A stretch of DNA of 64,000 nucleotides, from IMG/VR virus record IMGVR_UViG_3300026189_000002, positions 1 through 64,000 of that record; one strand, 5' to 3'. Position numbers and translations under genes: made by a program. A model generated the notes under the pieces. That model was given only the letters and a program-made list of their open reading frames with translations, did no database searches and was not told where the DNA came from. The stretch is from a virus. Below are positions 10,349 to 20,650 of this stretch, one piece after another; the stretch's first letter is position 1; every line of letters starts with the position of its first letter.

Positions 10349-13011
10349 TGAGCATAGGAATACAAATACTTCAGAACAGTATAGACTTTAAGTCTTTTAT
10401 GAAGCCGCTGTCTGAAAATGATAATAAATTTTTTAAACTAACAGATATAATAAAAGATTTATCTTCAGAAGGTATAAATGAAGAAAAGCCTGCGATGTTT
10501 AAAAACGGGCTAGATCAATACGGTTCATATCAATATACTTTTAGTGCAATACTAGACCCTGACGTTGTTCAAGACTCTAATTTAAAAAGATTAAGGTTTC
10601 GTTTTTTTACAGAAGAGTTTATAAATCTAGGGTACAATGCAGAAAATGTTAGAAAAAGAAAAGAGTTCCAGTCTTTCTTTTTAAATCTAGAGCAACAATA
10701 TGAAGTAGATAAAGTAACGACCGTATCTTCAGACGAAGATCAAACTAGAACAACTATATTTCCATCTACTACTAAATTTCATTTTTTCGAAAGACCAAGA
10801 ACTTCAGTTCAGAGAGGAAATTCTCAGGTAGTTCCAATAAAAAGCGTTTTAGAATTAGACGAGGATGGAAGAATTCAAAGGCTAAGTAGATCTACAACGG
10901 AAGAAAGAAATTTAGATTTTATAAATAGAAACATAAGAATTTCTAACGAATTATCATCTCCGTTATCTCATTTTCCTTTGCCTTCATCTAAGCTAAGCAT
11001 GACTCAAACAAGGGCGGGATTATTTGATATAGACGCTCATTTTTCAAAAGAGCCAGGAATTAATAATTTAAAGAGGCCATCAACTGGGAAATTTTGCAGT
11101 TTAAATGCAGTTTCTTTTACGGAAGTAATAAGCAAAAATCAAAAAAATATAAGATCGAGGCTTAGCGACAAAGAGCTGTTAGATTTTATAATAGAATTAA
11201 GAGATTCAAATAGTAACTTCATGAACATGGAATTAAAAACCAACCATGTTAGATGCGTAGAAAGACTTATTACTATTGATTTTAATATCCCTAGATCAAT
11301 TGTCGGAGCAGATGATTTTGGGGTAGAGATAACTCCGCTATATAATGATGATGGTGACAATACTGAAAAAGAATGCGTAAAAACTTTTATTACGATAAAT
11401 AACTCAGATATTTCTGATTTGTTTTTATCTACGCCAATAGTTCCTCCTTCTATAAAGCTGCTAGCAAATACTCCTAGGAGATGCATTATAGAAGTAAAAA
11501 GAAATGATCCATCTAATACGGCAATAAAATTATTTAGACAAGAATACGATCCGAGTACTAACCTATATTCAAAACCAAGCCTGGTTGGAGAAATTCAGCC
11601 GGATGAACCCAACATTATTTCTGACAACAATATTAACAACTATTATCCTAAAAAAATAGTTTATAAGGCAATACAAGAGCATGGAAGGTTAACAGATTTA
11701 GTAGGCTGCACTTCATCAATAATGGTTCCAGGATTAAGATCCGGAGTACATAGAAGTTCACAGCCGTATAACACTTCAACTATAATTTGCGAGAATAGAG
11801 TAGAATCAGTAAAAATATTAGTCACCAATATTTCTTCTAATATTAAAAAAATAAGGTTAATAAGAGAGAGGCTTACTAGTTCTGGAATGTCTACAAATGA
11901 AAGGGTGACTATACCCTTTCGCAGAGGCGTAAACGAAGTATTTTTGCAGTCCGATATGACGACTACTAATTTTTCCGACTTTACAACAACCCCAGGTCTA
12001 AAATATAGATACTACCTAGTAATGCTAGACGCGAAAGGAAAAGAGTTTGTATCTGACGAAGAAGAGTTTTTAGAAAGATTGGTTCCTAGTTTAGCAAAAG
12101 ACAGTTTTAGCGTATCTATAAACGGCCCTACTATAGAAGATAGTACAGCGGTTTTTAATATTCAGACCAGACCCACTCGTTTAGGCGTAAATTTTCTAGA
12201 AGAATCTTTAAGCGAGATAGGGAGAAAAGAGTTGTTGGATAGTAATTCTAAGTCGGGGGTTCTGTCTAAAGATTTTGTAGTTTTTTCAGTAGATGAAATA
12301 AACCACTCAACAGGCAGAAGAAAATCTATAGGGTTCTGTAGATCAGGAAAGTTTAGCGTTCCTTTAATATCAGACGGTTCAACTAGAACATACCAATTTA
12401 ATATGTGTTTAGTGGCTCCGGAGGCAATAGTGCCTAACGTAGAAATAAAATTATCTAGACCTGGAAGACCTGGCGATTTTGAAAAAAAGTATAGAGCCAA
12501 TAAATTTAAGTCTTCTCTTTTAACTCGAGTTGGAGCAGTTCCGTCTTCCAGAAGATTAAATTCTTTTGACATAGATGGAGCAATCCTCTTAGGAAAAACA
12601 GGGTATTCTATTAGTAGAACAGTCGATAGCACAAAAAATAAAAGCAAAATAACAAGCCCTACTATATCAGAATCTTCTTCTTATGCTTCTATATTTTGGG
12701 ATTTAACAAAAGATCAAGCTTCTAAAAAAGTTCATGAAAATTTTATGGTCGATTATTTTATAGTCTGCTGTAAACTAAATGGAAACATGCTTACATTAGG
12801 TACGGTTGAAAATACTAAAGAGTCTGGCCGTTTTTATTTTACAGATAAAAATGTTTACAGGGAAGTGGGCACAAAAGAATATTTTATAATAGGGATCTGC
12901 AACGATGTTAAAAACTCGGTAGTTTCGTCTTCTGTCTCTTCTAATAGAAGATTTAGCATACCAGAAGAAATAGTGGAATCTTCAAAAGCAGAATTGATTG
13001 GTGTAAATTAA
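10348..13011 (+). CDS. Hypothetical virion protein with FN3/Ig-like segments
   Basis: 887 aa. FSDFTTTPGLKYRYYL and FTDKNVYREVGTKEYFI resemble FN3-type strand motifs. Start overlaps the upstream stop (TAATG). Confidence 0.5.
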   Translation: MSIGIQILQNSIDFKSFMKPLSENDNKFFKLTDIIKDLSSEGINEEKPAMFKNGLDQYGSYQYTFSAILDPDVVQDSNLKRLRFRFFTEEFINLGYNAENVRKRKEFQSFFLNLEQQYEVDKVTTVSSDEDQTRTTIFPSTTKFHFFERPRTSVQRGNSQVVPIKSVLELDEDGRIQRLSRSTTEERNLDFINRNIRISNELSSPLSHFPLPSSKLSMTQTRAGLFDIDAHFSKEPGINNLKRPSTGKFCSLNAVSFTEVISKNQKNIRSRLSDKELLDFIIELRDSNSNFMNMELKTNHVRCVERLITIDFNIPRSIVGADDFGVEITPLYNDDGDNTEKECVKTFITINNSDISDLFLSTPIVPPSIKLLANTPRRCIIEVKRNDPSNTAIKLFRQEYDPSTNLYSKPSLVGEIQPDEPNIISDNNINNYYPKKIVYKAIQEHGRLTDLVGCTSSIMVPGLRSGVHRSSQPYNTSTIICENRVESVKILVTNISSNIKKIRLIRERLTSSGMSTNERVTIPFRRGVNEVFLQSDMTTTNFSDFTTTPGLKYRYYLVMLDAKGKEFVSDEEEFLERLVPSLAKDSFSVSINGPTIEDSTAVFNIQTRPTRLGVNFLEESLSEIGRKELLDSNSKSGVLSKDFVVFSVDEINHSTGRRKSIGFCRSGKFSVPLISDGSTRTYQFNMCLVAPEAIVPNVEIKLSRPGRPGDFEKKYRANKFKSSLLTRVGAVPSSRRLNSFDIDGAILLGKTGYSISRTVDSTKNKSKITSPTISESSSYASIFWDLTKDQASKKVHENFMVDYFIVCCKLNGNMLTLGTVENTKESGRFYFTDKNVYREVGTKEYFIIGICNDVKNSVVSSSVSSNRRFSIPEEIVESSKAELIGVN

Positions 13012-16000
13012 TGTCTCAAAATAACATGAATTATAGTGGCGCAAGTTTTACTAGGACTTCTAATCAGAGCGCTTCTTCTAAAAACTATGTAAAAGACGAG
13101 ACTGTAGTATCTAATTTATCTGATTTTTCTGCAGAAGATTATAAAACATTTAAATTTTCCAGAGTGTCAAATGCGGCATCAAAAGCTCTTTTTAAAAACG
13201 CAATAGAATCTCTAAGAAGAGACATTCATAACACAGATTTTTCATTAGAAAATATAGGTAATTTTCTTTTTAAGAAAATAAACATCCCCGAGCTGTCAGA
13301 CTTGTTTGATGCTAGAATATTAGAATGTGAATTAGATAAAAATATAATTGAAAAAATTTACGAAAAGCTTGAAAATACAGAAGTTAAACAGCTTATAGCA
13401 GACTCTACAGAAAAAACCATACAAGAAATAGAAGACTTTAGAAGTGCAATAGACTTAATAAGAACGCATATAGACGAATATAATGGCGCAGTATCTTCTT
13501 TGACAACAAAGCCCGATGAGTCTTCTTTTAACGAAAGAATGGAAGAGCTGAGCAATATTTCCCACATATTAAAAAGAGATCTAGAAAGCATGTCTAGAAC
13601 TCAAAGAATAATATATTCTCTTAGAGAGCTTCATTTTCATTATTATCGCGGATATTTTATGAGCTCTGTAAGAAGCGACAGAAATACAAGCGATAGCTTT
13701 AACGGGACTACAAATCTTCATAATCCTGTTTCAATAGCTCACAACGATGGGCATTATAATATAGAAGGATTAGCTAGTAAAAGAGACATACAGCCTAATT
13801 CAATACCTGCATTAGAAAGTTCAGGAGACTTAATTGATCTTTTTCTAAGGTGCAGCGTTATAACTTCTATACTGAGAAGAGCTGCCGGAGTAGCAAGACT
13901 TGAGAATTCAGACGAAGGAAGAGCTAGAAACGTATCTAGCAAACTTCCTATAGACTCTATAACTGGCGGCACTGATGTTTTATATACAACCGAGGATAAA
14001 TACCCGAACCAAAGTATAGGCAAATATTTTACCGTCAAAAAATCAAAAAAAGAAACCAAGTTTAGAGTGGTTGGAAGAGATACTGTTGCACTTTTAGAGC
14101 CTACTTCTAAAGCAGCTAGCTCAGGTATACCAGACGAATATCTAGATTTAGATGATGTAAATTCATCTATGCATTTTTTTAAAGATGTTTTACACGACCC
14201 TATAAATCATAAAATGGATTTATTTTCTGAGTATCTTTCAGAAATGGGGTCATACGTAAATAGCAGTAAAGACTATATTGAAAAATTAACTTGCGCAGAT
14301 CAAGAAGGTTCAATAATACTTCCGCACGTTTTATTTAAAAGAGTTTTAGAGGATTTCCAAAAACACTTTTCTCTTTTAGCAGAGCGTGCAACCTTAAGAG
14401 AAGTTACTGCAAATTTTTTCACTGTTCAAAACTTAGAAGACTCTAAGCTTTTTGAATTAGTAAGAAACAGAGTTGCACAGCTTTTATTGGCTGAAGATAT
14501 TTCAGGGGCAGAAGTAGAAAAATCGGCTTTTTATTCAAGCGCAATAACAGACCGCGGTAAATTAGGAAACGCTGTAACTAATACTAGAAGAGCGCTCGAC
14601 AGAGACCCAGAGCACCTTCAGGCTATAATTGATGGCATACAAAGTAAATGCTTTGACATTTCTGATCCTTTTAATTATGGAAATCACTCAGGGTTTAACT
14701 GCACAATAAACATACTCAGATCAATTTTATCAAATGCCGGCGAACTAGATGCAGATGATAGAAGCTCTACAATAGGTATATCCATGAGGAACCTATTAGA
14801 GATGGGGCAAGACGTAAATAGCGATTTAAATATCATTAATATGATAGCAAAACTTTATATAGAGATAGAAAAAGAGTGTAGCCGAATCGCTAATCTAGAT
14901 TCAGGTAACGGTGATTATTTTTCCGGGGCTGTAGGAAGAGCTAGGGGAACTAGAATAAAATTTTCTACAATCTTGTATCAGCTTTGCGTTATTTACAAAA
15001 AAATGACTACTTTTGGATCTTTGGAACCAATTAGGTTAAGAAACGACCCAGAGTATTCTCCTGACGGACAACTAGTCCAAGGCGGACTTTTTATTTTTAT
15101 GTTAGCTGATATTGGCGATCTCCTAAATAAGACCGCAAGAACATCCGATGAAAAAACTGCTAGAGATACAATGACTCAATTTTACAATGATGACATTAGG
15201 CCTATAGCAATGCGGCTAGGATATGATTTTTCTCACGCTAAAAACTTTTCTACTATGCTAGACTACATACTTCCTGCTATAGGAGAAATGAAACCGGACT
15301 CTATAGATCTTCTTTTTGATAGCAGTTATAAAATACCCGGAACAAATATATCTAAAAATTCATCTTCTTACGGTTTATCTTTTAGGCCTGCGCAGTTTTC
15401 AAAAGTTTACCATTACCTAGTTAGAGAGTCTAACGGCGCAGTAAAATATCTAGAATTAATAAAAAAAGAAATAGATGAATACAAGCTACAGACAGAATCG
15501 ATGGTATCTTTATCTGAAAAATTTAATGCATCAGGAGAAGACGCTAGCCCTATAAGAAAATTATACGAAGCCAAAAAATTTGATAAGTACTTAAAAACTA
15601 CTAGCGATTTTGCCGTAAATAATTTAGACTACAGATTAGACAGAGTTTCGGAAGTTGTATTAAATAATCAACCTTCTATGGACGTAAACTTATCTAAATT
15701 TGTTAAGTTTAATTTTTTAAACATGATTTCAAGTTCTGAAACAGAAAGAGACGACGGAGGAACCTTTATTCATGTATTAGGTTTAGAGTCTGGAAAGCTT
15801 CTTTCTAAATCTAGCGATAGAAAAAATATAAAATCAAAAGGATTTGCTAAAATAAAAACGACTACAGATAATCTGTTTTTCTACACTGAATTAAAGTCTA
15901 AAGAGGAGTATTTTGAAAAGCAGATAAGGATATCGGTAGATGAAACAAGCTTGGTAAACTTGTTAAAAAAGCTTGACGAAGACGGCGAAACTTTTGAGAA

Positions 16001-16733
16001 TCTAGATTCTCTAATTCCAAAAATTAAGTTTAGAACAGCGAACGACATGGAGTTTTTAGGAAACGACACCGAATCAAAAGCTGCGTTAGGAATAAATAGC
16101 AGTAATCTAGTAAAGAAAAGACTAAAGACGGTAATTCAAGATTTTATAACTCAAAAAGCGCTAGAAATTCTATACGGATTAGAGTTTAATTCGTCGCTAG
16201 TTTCTAAAAGCAGCATAGAAAACACGAATAGGTCTATTGATGCTCTGCCAATAATGTGTGAAGCTGTTAAAATAGCCGGCGGAGATGACTCTATAATAAA
16301 AGAACTATATACAATAAAAAATGGAAACTTGATAGCTCCTACACTTGAAAAACAAATTCAATCTATAAAACCTTACGAAGAACAAACGCCAGATGGTATA
16401 GTTATAAAATCTCCAAAACTAACTGAAGAGCATTTAATGTTAGCCGGACTTTTATATTCTACTAAAATAGCCTATACAGGGATGTTAGAAAAAATGCTTC
16501 TATCTCCAGCGGTCTATGATGAAATATTTTTTATTAGAACGAAAATGAATAATTTAGTAGGGGAAAATATGTTTGATCTGTCTAGAAGAGCCATGGCCAG
16601 CTGGCCTACTGCACAGCATCGAGGCATTCAAACAAACAGCGACAAACAGATCGCCTCCAAGCAGATTATGGACATGATAACTGGAGTAGATTATACTTCT
16701 AGAACATTTTACGTGGAATTAAAAGACTTATGA
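13011..16733 (+). CDS. Large hypothetical protein (1240 aa, predicted largely helical)
   Basis: Long ORF coupled to both neighbours (TAATG and ATGA-type overlaps). No recognised motif. Confidence 0.6.
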   Translation: MSQNNMNYSGASFTRTSNQSASSKNYVKDETVVSNLSDFSAEDYKTFKFSRVSNAASKALFKNAIESLRRDIHNTDFSLENIGNFLFKKINIPELSDLFDARILECELDKNIIEKIYEKLENTEVKQLIADSTEKTIQEIEDFRSAIDLIRTHIDEYNGAVSSLTTKPDESSFNERMEELSNISHILKRDLESMSRTQRIIYSLRELHFHYYRGYFMSSVRSDRNTSDSFNGTTNLHNPVSIAHNDGHYNIEGLASKRDIQPNSIPALESSGDLIDLFLRCSVITSILRRAAGVARLENSDEGRARNVSSKLPIDSITGGTDVLYTTEDKYPNQSIGKYFTVKKSKKETKFRVVGRDTVALLEPTSKAASSGIPDEYLDLDDVNSSMHFFKDVLHDPINHKMDLFSEYLSEMGSYVNSSKDYIEKLTCADQEGSIILPHVLFKRVLEDFQKHFSLLAERATLREVTANFFTVQNLEDSKLFELVRNRVAQLLLAEDISGAEVEKSAFYSSAITDRGKLGNAVTNTRRALDRDPEHLQAIIDGIQSKCFDISDPFNYGNHSGFNCTINILRSILSNAGELDADDRSSTIGISMRNLLEMGQDVNSDLNIINMIAKLYIEIEKECSRIANLDSGNGDYFSGAVGRARGTRIKFSTILYQLCVIYKKMTTFGSLEPIRLRNDPEYSPDGQLVQGGLFIFMLADIGDLLNKTARTSDEKTARDTMTQFYNDDIRPIAMRLGYDFSHAKNFSTMLDYILPAIGEMKPDSIDLLFDSSYKIPGTNISKNSSSYGLSFRPAQFSKVYHYLVRESNGAVKYLELIKKEIDEYKLQTESMVSLSEKFNASGEDASPIRKLYEAKKFDKYLKTTSDFAVNNLDYRLDRVSEVVLNNQPSMDVNLSKFVKFNFLNMISSSETERDDGGTFIHVLGLESGKLLSKSSDRKNIKSKGFAKIKTTTDNLFFYTELKSKEEYFEKQIRISVDETSLVNLLKKLDEDGETFENLDSLIPKIKFRTANDMEFLGNDTESKAALGINSSNLVKKRLKTVIQDFITQKALEILYGLEFNSSLVSKSSIENTNRSIDALPIMCEAVKIAGGDDSIIKELYTIKNGNLIAPTLEKQIQSIKPYEEQTPDGIVIKSPKLTEEHLMLAGLLYSTKIAYTGMLEKMLLSPAVYDEIFFIRTKMNNLVGENMFDLSRRAMASWPTAQHRGIQTNSDKQIASKQIMDMITGVDYTSRTFYVELKDL

Positions 16734-18592
16734 TAAAATGTAGAAAACCTCATATAAGCATGGATCTTCCTGATGCAAAAATAAATTCAGCAAAGTTTGT
16801 ATACAATTTTTTTGTTCCGGACGAGAGAAATAACGATACAGGCATTTCAAGAATAAAACAAAAGCCGCAAGATAATTTTCCAAGAGAAGTGTTAGATAAG
16901 CAAGTACCTAGATCAGTAAGACTCAACTTTTCTTTATCTGATTTTGAAATTGGTACAGTAGAGTCTGGAACATCTAATTCTAGTTCTACTTCAGAAAAAT
17001 ATGAAAAGTTTTATTCAAACGAAACAGTGGATATAAATAGACTTTCTGATTTTATACAAAGCGAAAATGATATTTGCTCCATCTTCGATGAATCTTTAAA
17101 GTATAATGATACTTTGCTTAGAGAAAGACTAAAATCTAAGTCAGATTTATTGGCTGGGCTAATTGATCAAGTACCTGGTACCTCATCCGCAACTAAAGAA
17201 GTTGCAAATTTAATGAAGGATATATCTAACCAGGATGCAATAACAGATATAAATTCCACTATATCTAATCCAAATGCCAGTTTTGTAAATGACGTAGGGG
17301 AAGAGTTTAAACTTCTTAGGTTTGAAAAGGCAACTAGAATAAGCTTAAAATGTTATGTTAACAAACCTTCAATAATGAACTTTGTGTATTCAGACCTAAA
17401 ATCTTCGAGTTTTAATCAATCTAGCATGCTTTCTATGAATAAACATTTTGAAAATATAGATTCAAAGCTAGAAAATAAAAAATATTACGAGCCCGTAGTA
17501 AAAGTCGATGTAAACCTTTCTCGTAATGAAGGATCTGTTCGGCTTCAACCTAGGTTAGCTTCACTGTCTAAAAATAACTCTTCACAAGCTTTTGATGGAT
17601 ATCTGATACCCAGACTAAGTTCTCACATAGTGGGATATATAGTAAAAAGAAGAACAAACATTACCGGGACTTCTAAGTACAGCGAAAGAATTTTTTATCT
17701 TAATGGATCTAGAATAGATAGCTTTATTGATACTGAGATTTTATATGGAAAAACTTATTTTTATGAAGTAGCCGCAGTTTTTAGATTAAAATACAGCTAT
17801 CCAATATTCCATGGATTAGATTCTGGTAGATTTGCTACTGATACATTTTTAGTTAGAAGTGACTATTCTCCTCCTGAAAAAGTAAAATGCATAGAAAAAG
17901 TTCCGCCTAAAGCCCCAGCGGTAACTTTTTACAATTTTGATTTTGGAAAAGATGAGGGACTTCTTATCGACTGGAGGATACCTGGTTCTAAACAAAGAGA
18001 CATAAAGTACTTTCAAGTATTTAGAAGAAAAACAATACACGATCCATTTACTTGTATAGCATTACTTGATTTTGATGATTCTGAAGTAAGAACTGTTCCT
18101 ATAGAAATGGTTAGAAGTGACGCCACGTATAAAACAAATTACGCTCGAGCTTTTTTTAAAGATTACGAATTTGGAAGAACTTCAAAGTACATATACTCTA
18201 TAGCAACAGTAGATGCCCATGGGCTTTCCTCTCCCTATGGTCCGCAGTCTTTGATTTACTTTGATGTAGACTCTAATTCGCTGGTTGTTAGAAGAGTATC
18301 GAGGTCTGGTGCACCTAAGCAGTATCCTAATTTTTTCATAGATCCAGAAATGGACGACAACGTAACTGTCAATAATTTAACTCAAGATGTCATGCTGTCT
18401 AGCAATAAAAGAAAAATAAGGATATACCTAGACGCGGATTGTAGATACTTATCATCACAACAGTCTGGAAATGAGGAAATGATAAAGCTATCTACAGCTA
18501 ACTCTTTTTATAAGTTTCACATGATAAACATAGACAGACAAAAATCAGCAGACTACGAAATTAGGTTTGAAGATAACAGGCGAGAACAATAA
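16730..18592 (+). CDS. Hypothetical virion protein with FN3-like domains
   Basis: Motifs IVGYIVKR, FIDTEILYGKTYFYEV, PPKAP...LIDW, YFQVFRR, YIYSIATVDAHG. Confidence 0.55.
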   Translation: MIKCRKPHISMDLPDAKINSAKFVYNFFVPDERNNDTGISRIKQKPQDNFPREVLDKQVPRSVRLNFSLSDFEIGTVESGTSNSSSTSEKYEKFYSNETVDINRLSDFIQSENDICSIFDESLKYNDTLLRERLKSKSDLLAGLIDQVPGTSSATKEVANLMKDISNQDAITDINSTISNPNASFVNDVGEEFKLLRFEKATRISLKCYVNKPSIMNFVYSDLKSSSFNQSSMLSMNKHFENIDSKLENKKYYEPVVKVDVNLSRNEGSVRLQPRLASLSKNNSSQAFDGYLIPRLSSHIVGYIVKRRTNITGTSKYSERIFYLNGSRIDSFIDTEILYGKTYFYEVAAVFRLKYSYPIFHGLDSGRFATDTFLVRSDYSPPEKVKCIEKVPPKAPAVTFYNFDFGKDEGLLIDWRIPGSKQRDIKYFQVFRRKTIHDPFTCIALLDFDDSEVRTVPIEMVRSDATYKTNYARAFFKDYEFGRTSKYIYSIATVDAHGLSSPYGPQSLIYFDVDSNSLVVRRVSRSGAPKQYPNFFIDPEMDDNVTVNNLTQDVMLSSNKRKIRIYLDADCRYLSSQQSGNEEMIKLSTANSFYKFHMINIDRQKSADYEIRFEDNRREQ

Positions 18593-18626
18593 TAATAATA
18601 GAATATAAATCTAGGCAACAAATATA

Positions 18627-18655
18627 TTTACGCCATGTTGCGCTAGAGGTATAAT
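18627..18655 (+). promoter_or_regulatory. Sigma70-like promoter (TTTACG-N17-TATAAT) overlapping ATANTTA motifs
   Basis: TTTACG at 18627-18632, 17-nt spacer, TATAAT at 18650-18655, in the intergenic gap before 18675. Confidence 0.5.
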
Positions 18656-18674
18656 TAGTTGTAGGAATAATAAT

Positions 18675-19391
18675 ATGGGTTTTTTAGATCATTCAACAAA
18701 TAACGTTTTAATAGATGCCGTCTTAACTGATGAAGGGCGCAGATTATTAGCAGCGAACGATGGAAGCTTTAGGATCAGCATGTTCTCTTTAGGGGATGAT
18801 GAAGTAGATTACAGCATGATATCAAAGTTCGGTAGAGCTGTAGGAAAAGAAAAAATTTCAAAAAACACACCTGTATTTGAAGCGCAAACCAGAAAAGATT
18901 TGGCTATAAAACATAGGTTGTTAACTTTACCAGACCAGACTGTAACTATACTTCCGACGCTTAGATTAACATCTGCAGGGTACACAGAAGCATCTAACAC
19001 TTTGGCTTTCGATGCCAATAACCAGAACAGAAATTTAACAGTAGAGCAACAAATAGAGGGAGAATCTAGAATACCAGATGGTTTATCAGATTCAACTTTT
19101 TCAATTCAGCTTCCTGATAGATTTTTAAGGTTAGCAAACGCAAACCAGGGATTTGTTAGCTTAACGCCGAATAGCAGAATAGCTACTTACAAAGTAACTG
19201 CTGAAAACATAGACGCGAATACAGGCGTTGCTAGATTAAATTTAAATCTTCAAGTTAGAAACGGCCTTGATGACACAATCTACAGCATTTTCGGTACTCC
19301 ACCTAACAAAAGCGTTATAGAATCGGTTATATCCATAGTTGGTGATCAGTCTGGAATACGTCTAGATTTTAACGTTCAGATTAGTAAATAG
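18675..19391 (+). CDS. Putative baseplate/tail structural protein
   Basis: IDAVLTDEGRRLLA...FSLGDDEVDY N-terminal motif typical of large-phage tail/baseplate proteins. SD-like AGGA upstream. Confidence 0.55.
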   Translation: MGFLDHSTNNVLIDAVLTDEGRRLLAANDGSFRISMFSLGDDEVDYSMISKFGRAVGKEKISKNTPVFEAQTRKDLAIKHRLLTLPDQTVTILPTLRLTSAGYTEASNTLAFDANNQNRNLTVEQQIEGESRIPDGLSDSTFSIQLPDRFLRLANANQGFVSLTPNSRIATYKVTAENIDANTGVARLNLNLQVRNGLDDTIYSIFGTPPNKSVIESVISIVGDQSGIRLDFNVQISK

Positions 19392-19399
19392 GGTTTTAA

Positions 19400-20641
19400 A
19401 TGGCTATTATAACAGGCGGCAGCTTTAAAGAAATAAGTCCGGATGACATAAAAGTAAGAACAACAGAATTAAATCAGTTAATCGATGTAATACAAGAAGA
19501 TATTTCTGGTTCAATTACTAGAAAAGCATACCAGGTTTTTTTAACTGGAGGAGTAGGAGCAGGCGTAACTAGTTCTTTATTTCAGACAGTTTTTGATCAA
19601 GACTTTACTCTGCAAACAGCAAACCCGATATTTGACATCACGGTTGGATTATCTTCTCAGAGCGATACCGTACAGAACGCTGCTATAGGTACAGAGGCGG
19701 CAAGCGGAAAGCTTTTATTTCCAAAAAACACTGTAATGATGAGAGAAAAAATAGATATATACAGACAATATGCATCTAATCTCTTAGGCAATTCAGACGC
19801 TAGATTTACTACTCCTTTTGGAAACGATCAAGAAACTATAGACGAAGCCGTTTTTATTTCTTTTAAGAGACTTTTTGCTCGAGACCAAATAAAAAGAGAA
19901 ACGTTTGCAATTAGGCTATTTAAGTCTGCAGCGGATTCTGTCGGAAATACCGTAAATAATCTAGACGTGCGCTCTACAACAGGAGAGTCTATATACACAG
20001 ACATAGGAGCTGCTTCAAACCAAAGAAGAACTTTTGGAGGAGAAGTTGCAAACATCGTCGATGCTTCAGATGTTGGAGAAAATGTAGGCCTTATATTTTA
20101 TGATTCCGGAACGATTGTTTTAGACGCTAGAAAAGCGTTTGACCATGATCAACAACTTAGAGGCGTAATATCCGGAATGTTTTCTCTTAATAATACAACT
20201 AGCACAGAAAGCGGTACAACTTTAATGGGTGGTCCGGAAGGCGAAGATGACACAAACCCTTTAGCCAAATTAGTGCCCGATTTGTTTGTTTCTGCTTCTG
20301 TAGATGATATAGTTGATCACTTTTGTGAAACAAGGTTTGGAAACGGAAGCTTAACAGGAATAACTTTTCAAAATATTACCAATATAAATTCTACTCTTAT
20401 TTTTTGCAGAGCATCTGCTGATGAGTTTAATTACTCTTCGAACCCAACATTTAAAGATACAGCGGGAAGAATAACAGTCGTTGATGCCGGCCAAGAAGAA
20501 ACGCAAAGAAGTTTTGTTTTTCCTACTACCGTGGGGCTTCATGACGAGCAAGGCCGGCTATTGGCGGTAGCAAAAACTTCCAGACCTATAGAGAAAAACG
20601 ACGAGAAAGATATTACCTTTAGGGTCAGGCTAGACTTCTAA
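19400..20641 (+). CDS. Putative baseplate/tail structural protein
   Basis: C-terminal EFNYSSNPTF...TTVGLHD...LLAVAKTSRPIEK...FRVRLDF motif, shared with the next gene. Confidence 0.55.
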   Translation: MAIITGGSFKEISPDDIKVRTTELNQLIDVIQEDISGSITRKAYQVFLTGGVGAGVTSSLFQTVFDQDFTLQTANPIFDITVGLSSQSDTVQNAAIGTEAASGKLLFPKNTVMMREKIDIYRQYASNLLGNSDARFTTPFGNDQETIDEAVFISFKRLFARDQIKRETFAIRLFKSAADSVGNTVNNLDVRSTTGESIYTDIGAASNQRRTFGGEVANIVDASDVGENVGLIFYDSGTIVLDARKAFDHDQQLRGVISGMFSLNNTTSTESGTTLMGGPEGEDDTNPLAKLVPDLFVSASVDDIVDHFCETRFGNGSLTGITFQNITNINSTLIFCRASADEFNYSSNPTFKDTAGRITVVDAGQEETQRSFVFPTTVGLHDEQGRLLAVAKTSRPIEKNDEKDITFRVRLDF

Positions 20642-20650
20642 GGGGGTGTC